Shown: positions 63,137 through 64,000 of the stretch, one piece after another
How the letters are laid out: each line of letters starts with the position of its first letter
Numbering within the stretch: position 1 is the first letter of the stretch
Virus record (IMG/VR): IMGVR_UViG_3300045988_184255
Strand: one strand, 5' to 3'
Source: a virus
Length of the DNA: 64,000 nucleotides
Made by a program: the position numbers and the translations under genes
The notes under the pieces: model-generated
The model's database searches: none
What the model was told of the DNA's origin: nothing
What the model saw: only the letters and a program-made list of their open reading frames with translations

Positions 63137-63967
63137 TCAAGAAGCTGCTTGGTCCGCAGATGAATCTACCAATTCACTGACACCGGCAAGATAATACTGG
63201 TCATTCGTACCGTCATAAAGGACGGAAACGCGGATAATCCCCATTTCTTTGTGTGTCCCGTTTTCATACAGTTCCAAAATGAACTCGTCATTTCGGTAGG
63301 CGTCGAAACCTCTCTTTAGGGACAGCTCTTCAGAATAGAAGAAATTATGCGTCCATGCCGCGCCGTACTTATATGTCCCTTTATAGCTCATGTCCAGCCC
63401 GACCATGCCTTCATTGCCGGCATTATCGTTCTCGTATCTCTCGAAGATATTTTGGACACCCTCATTCACAATTTCCGCATAGGTGGTCTCGGCCGTCTTT
63501 TTCTCCGCCTCATAATCGAATTCGACCCTGCCGGTCATGCTGCTGTTTGTCTTGTGGTTGTACTTACTCCAAAGGTAGGTGGTTCCCTTGGGGTTGTCCG
63601 TGGTGGGGTTCAGGTAGATGGCGCCGGTTCCAACACTGGCATCGCCCATGCCCAGCGTGACGGTGTACCCCGATGCCAGCTTGCAGGAGACCGTAACGTC
63701 GTTGCGGTAGTTCTTGGTGTGCGCCACGCCATCTGCGGCGTCCCCCATTCTCTCCCCATTTGCATCATAGTAAATGCCGTCTGCTGTCTCCAACGAATAG
63801 TTGTGTAGGTTGTACTTGTCCCCCTCCAGTTCTGCAGGAATCGAATCGTCATACTGCCGCTTGCTGCCGCCGCTTTTGGGGGTATCCGTACCATCGCCGC
63901 AGGCGATCAGCACCAGCGGCAGCGACAGGGCAAGCAGAAACCCAATGATTTGCTTCGCAATTTTCAT
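63137..63967 (-). CDS. Lipoprotein (276 aa); paralog of 46146..46835
   Basis: Signal plus lipobox LVLIACG; shared YRNDVTVSCKLASGYTVTLGMGD...YLNPTTDNPKG block. Confidence 0.6.
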   Translation of the reverse strand: MKIAKQIIGFLLALSLPLVLIACGDGTDTPKSGGSKRQYDDSIPAELEGDKYNLHNYSLETADGIYYDANGERMGDAADGVAHTKNYRNDVTVSCKLASGYTVTLGMGDASVGTGAIYLNPTTDNPKGTTYLWSKYNHKTNSSMTGRVEFDYEAEKKTAETTYAEIVNEGVQNIFERYENDNAGNEGMVGLDMSYKGTYKYGAAWTHNFFYSEELSLKRGFDAYRNDEFILELYENGTHKEMGIIRVSVLYDGTNDQYYLAGVSELVDSSADQAAS

Positions 63968-64000
63968 CTTTCTTTCGTCCTTTCCCTGTGCGCGGCATGT

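Overview
This 64 kb window looks like a mobile-element or accessory island from a Gram-positive, Clostridia-like genome, with high-GC coding DNA and AAAGGAGAA-type ribosome-binding sites. Positions 1-37,300 carry about 50 genes, all on the + strand, organised into at least seven transcription units. Six of these units start with the same ~240 bp noncoding cassette: an upstream terminator, a TTGACA-N16-TGgTAGTATAGAAT promoter, a leader containing a hairpin that sequesters a Shine-Dalgarno-like sequence, a second hairpin plus T-run (intrinsic-terminator-like), and a conserved motif just before the ribosome-binding site. The leader-terminator hairpin shows compensatory base changes between copies, so the RNA structure is under selection. 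My main proposal is that the element encodes a multi-operon regulon under conditional (antitermination-type) control, possibly the leading/establishment region of a conjugative element.

The cargo includes a four-member tandem paralog family with a Cys-x-x-DPFG motif, a second two-member tandem family, and a duplicated gene pair sharing a C-terminal tail. It also includes a P-loop kinase with the features of a zeta toxin plus a small upstream partner, a MazF/PemK-like orphan, two XRE regulators, an AAA ATPase paired with a HExxH-vWA protein, a Fic protein and an HD hydrolase. Four CCCGACTAAA iterons sit at exactly 34 bp spacing.

The right half (37.3-64 kb) has a palindrome-rich convergent intergenic region that I suggest as an oriT candidate. 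It also carries small Cys-rich proteins, a 725 aa coiled-coil protein, tRNA-Ser(UGA) followed by ~60 bp direct repeats, a flotillin, an EndA-like nuclease, topoisomerase III, a low-GC two-gene insert, paralogous lipoproteins, and a 1,897 aa wall-anchored adhesin with VaFE and Cna-B-type repeats. I could not run any searches, so every functional call rests on motifs I recognised by eye.
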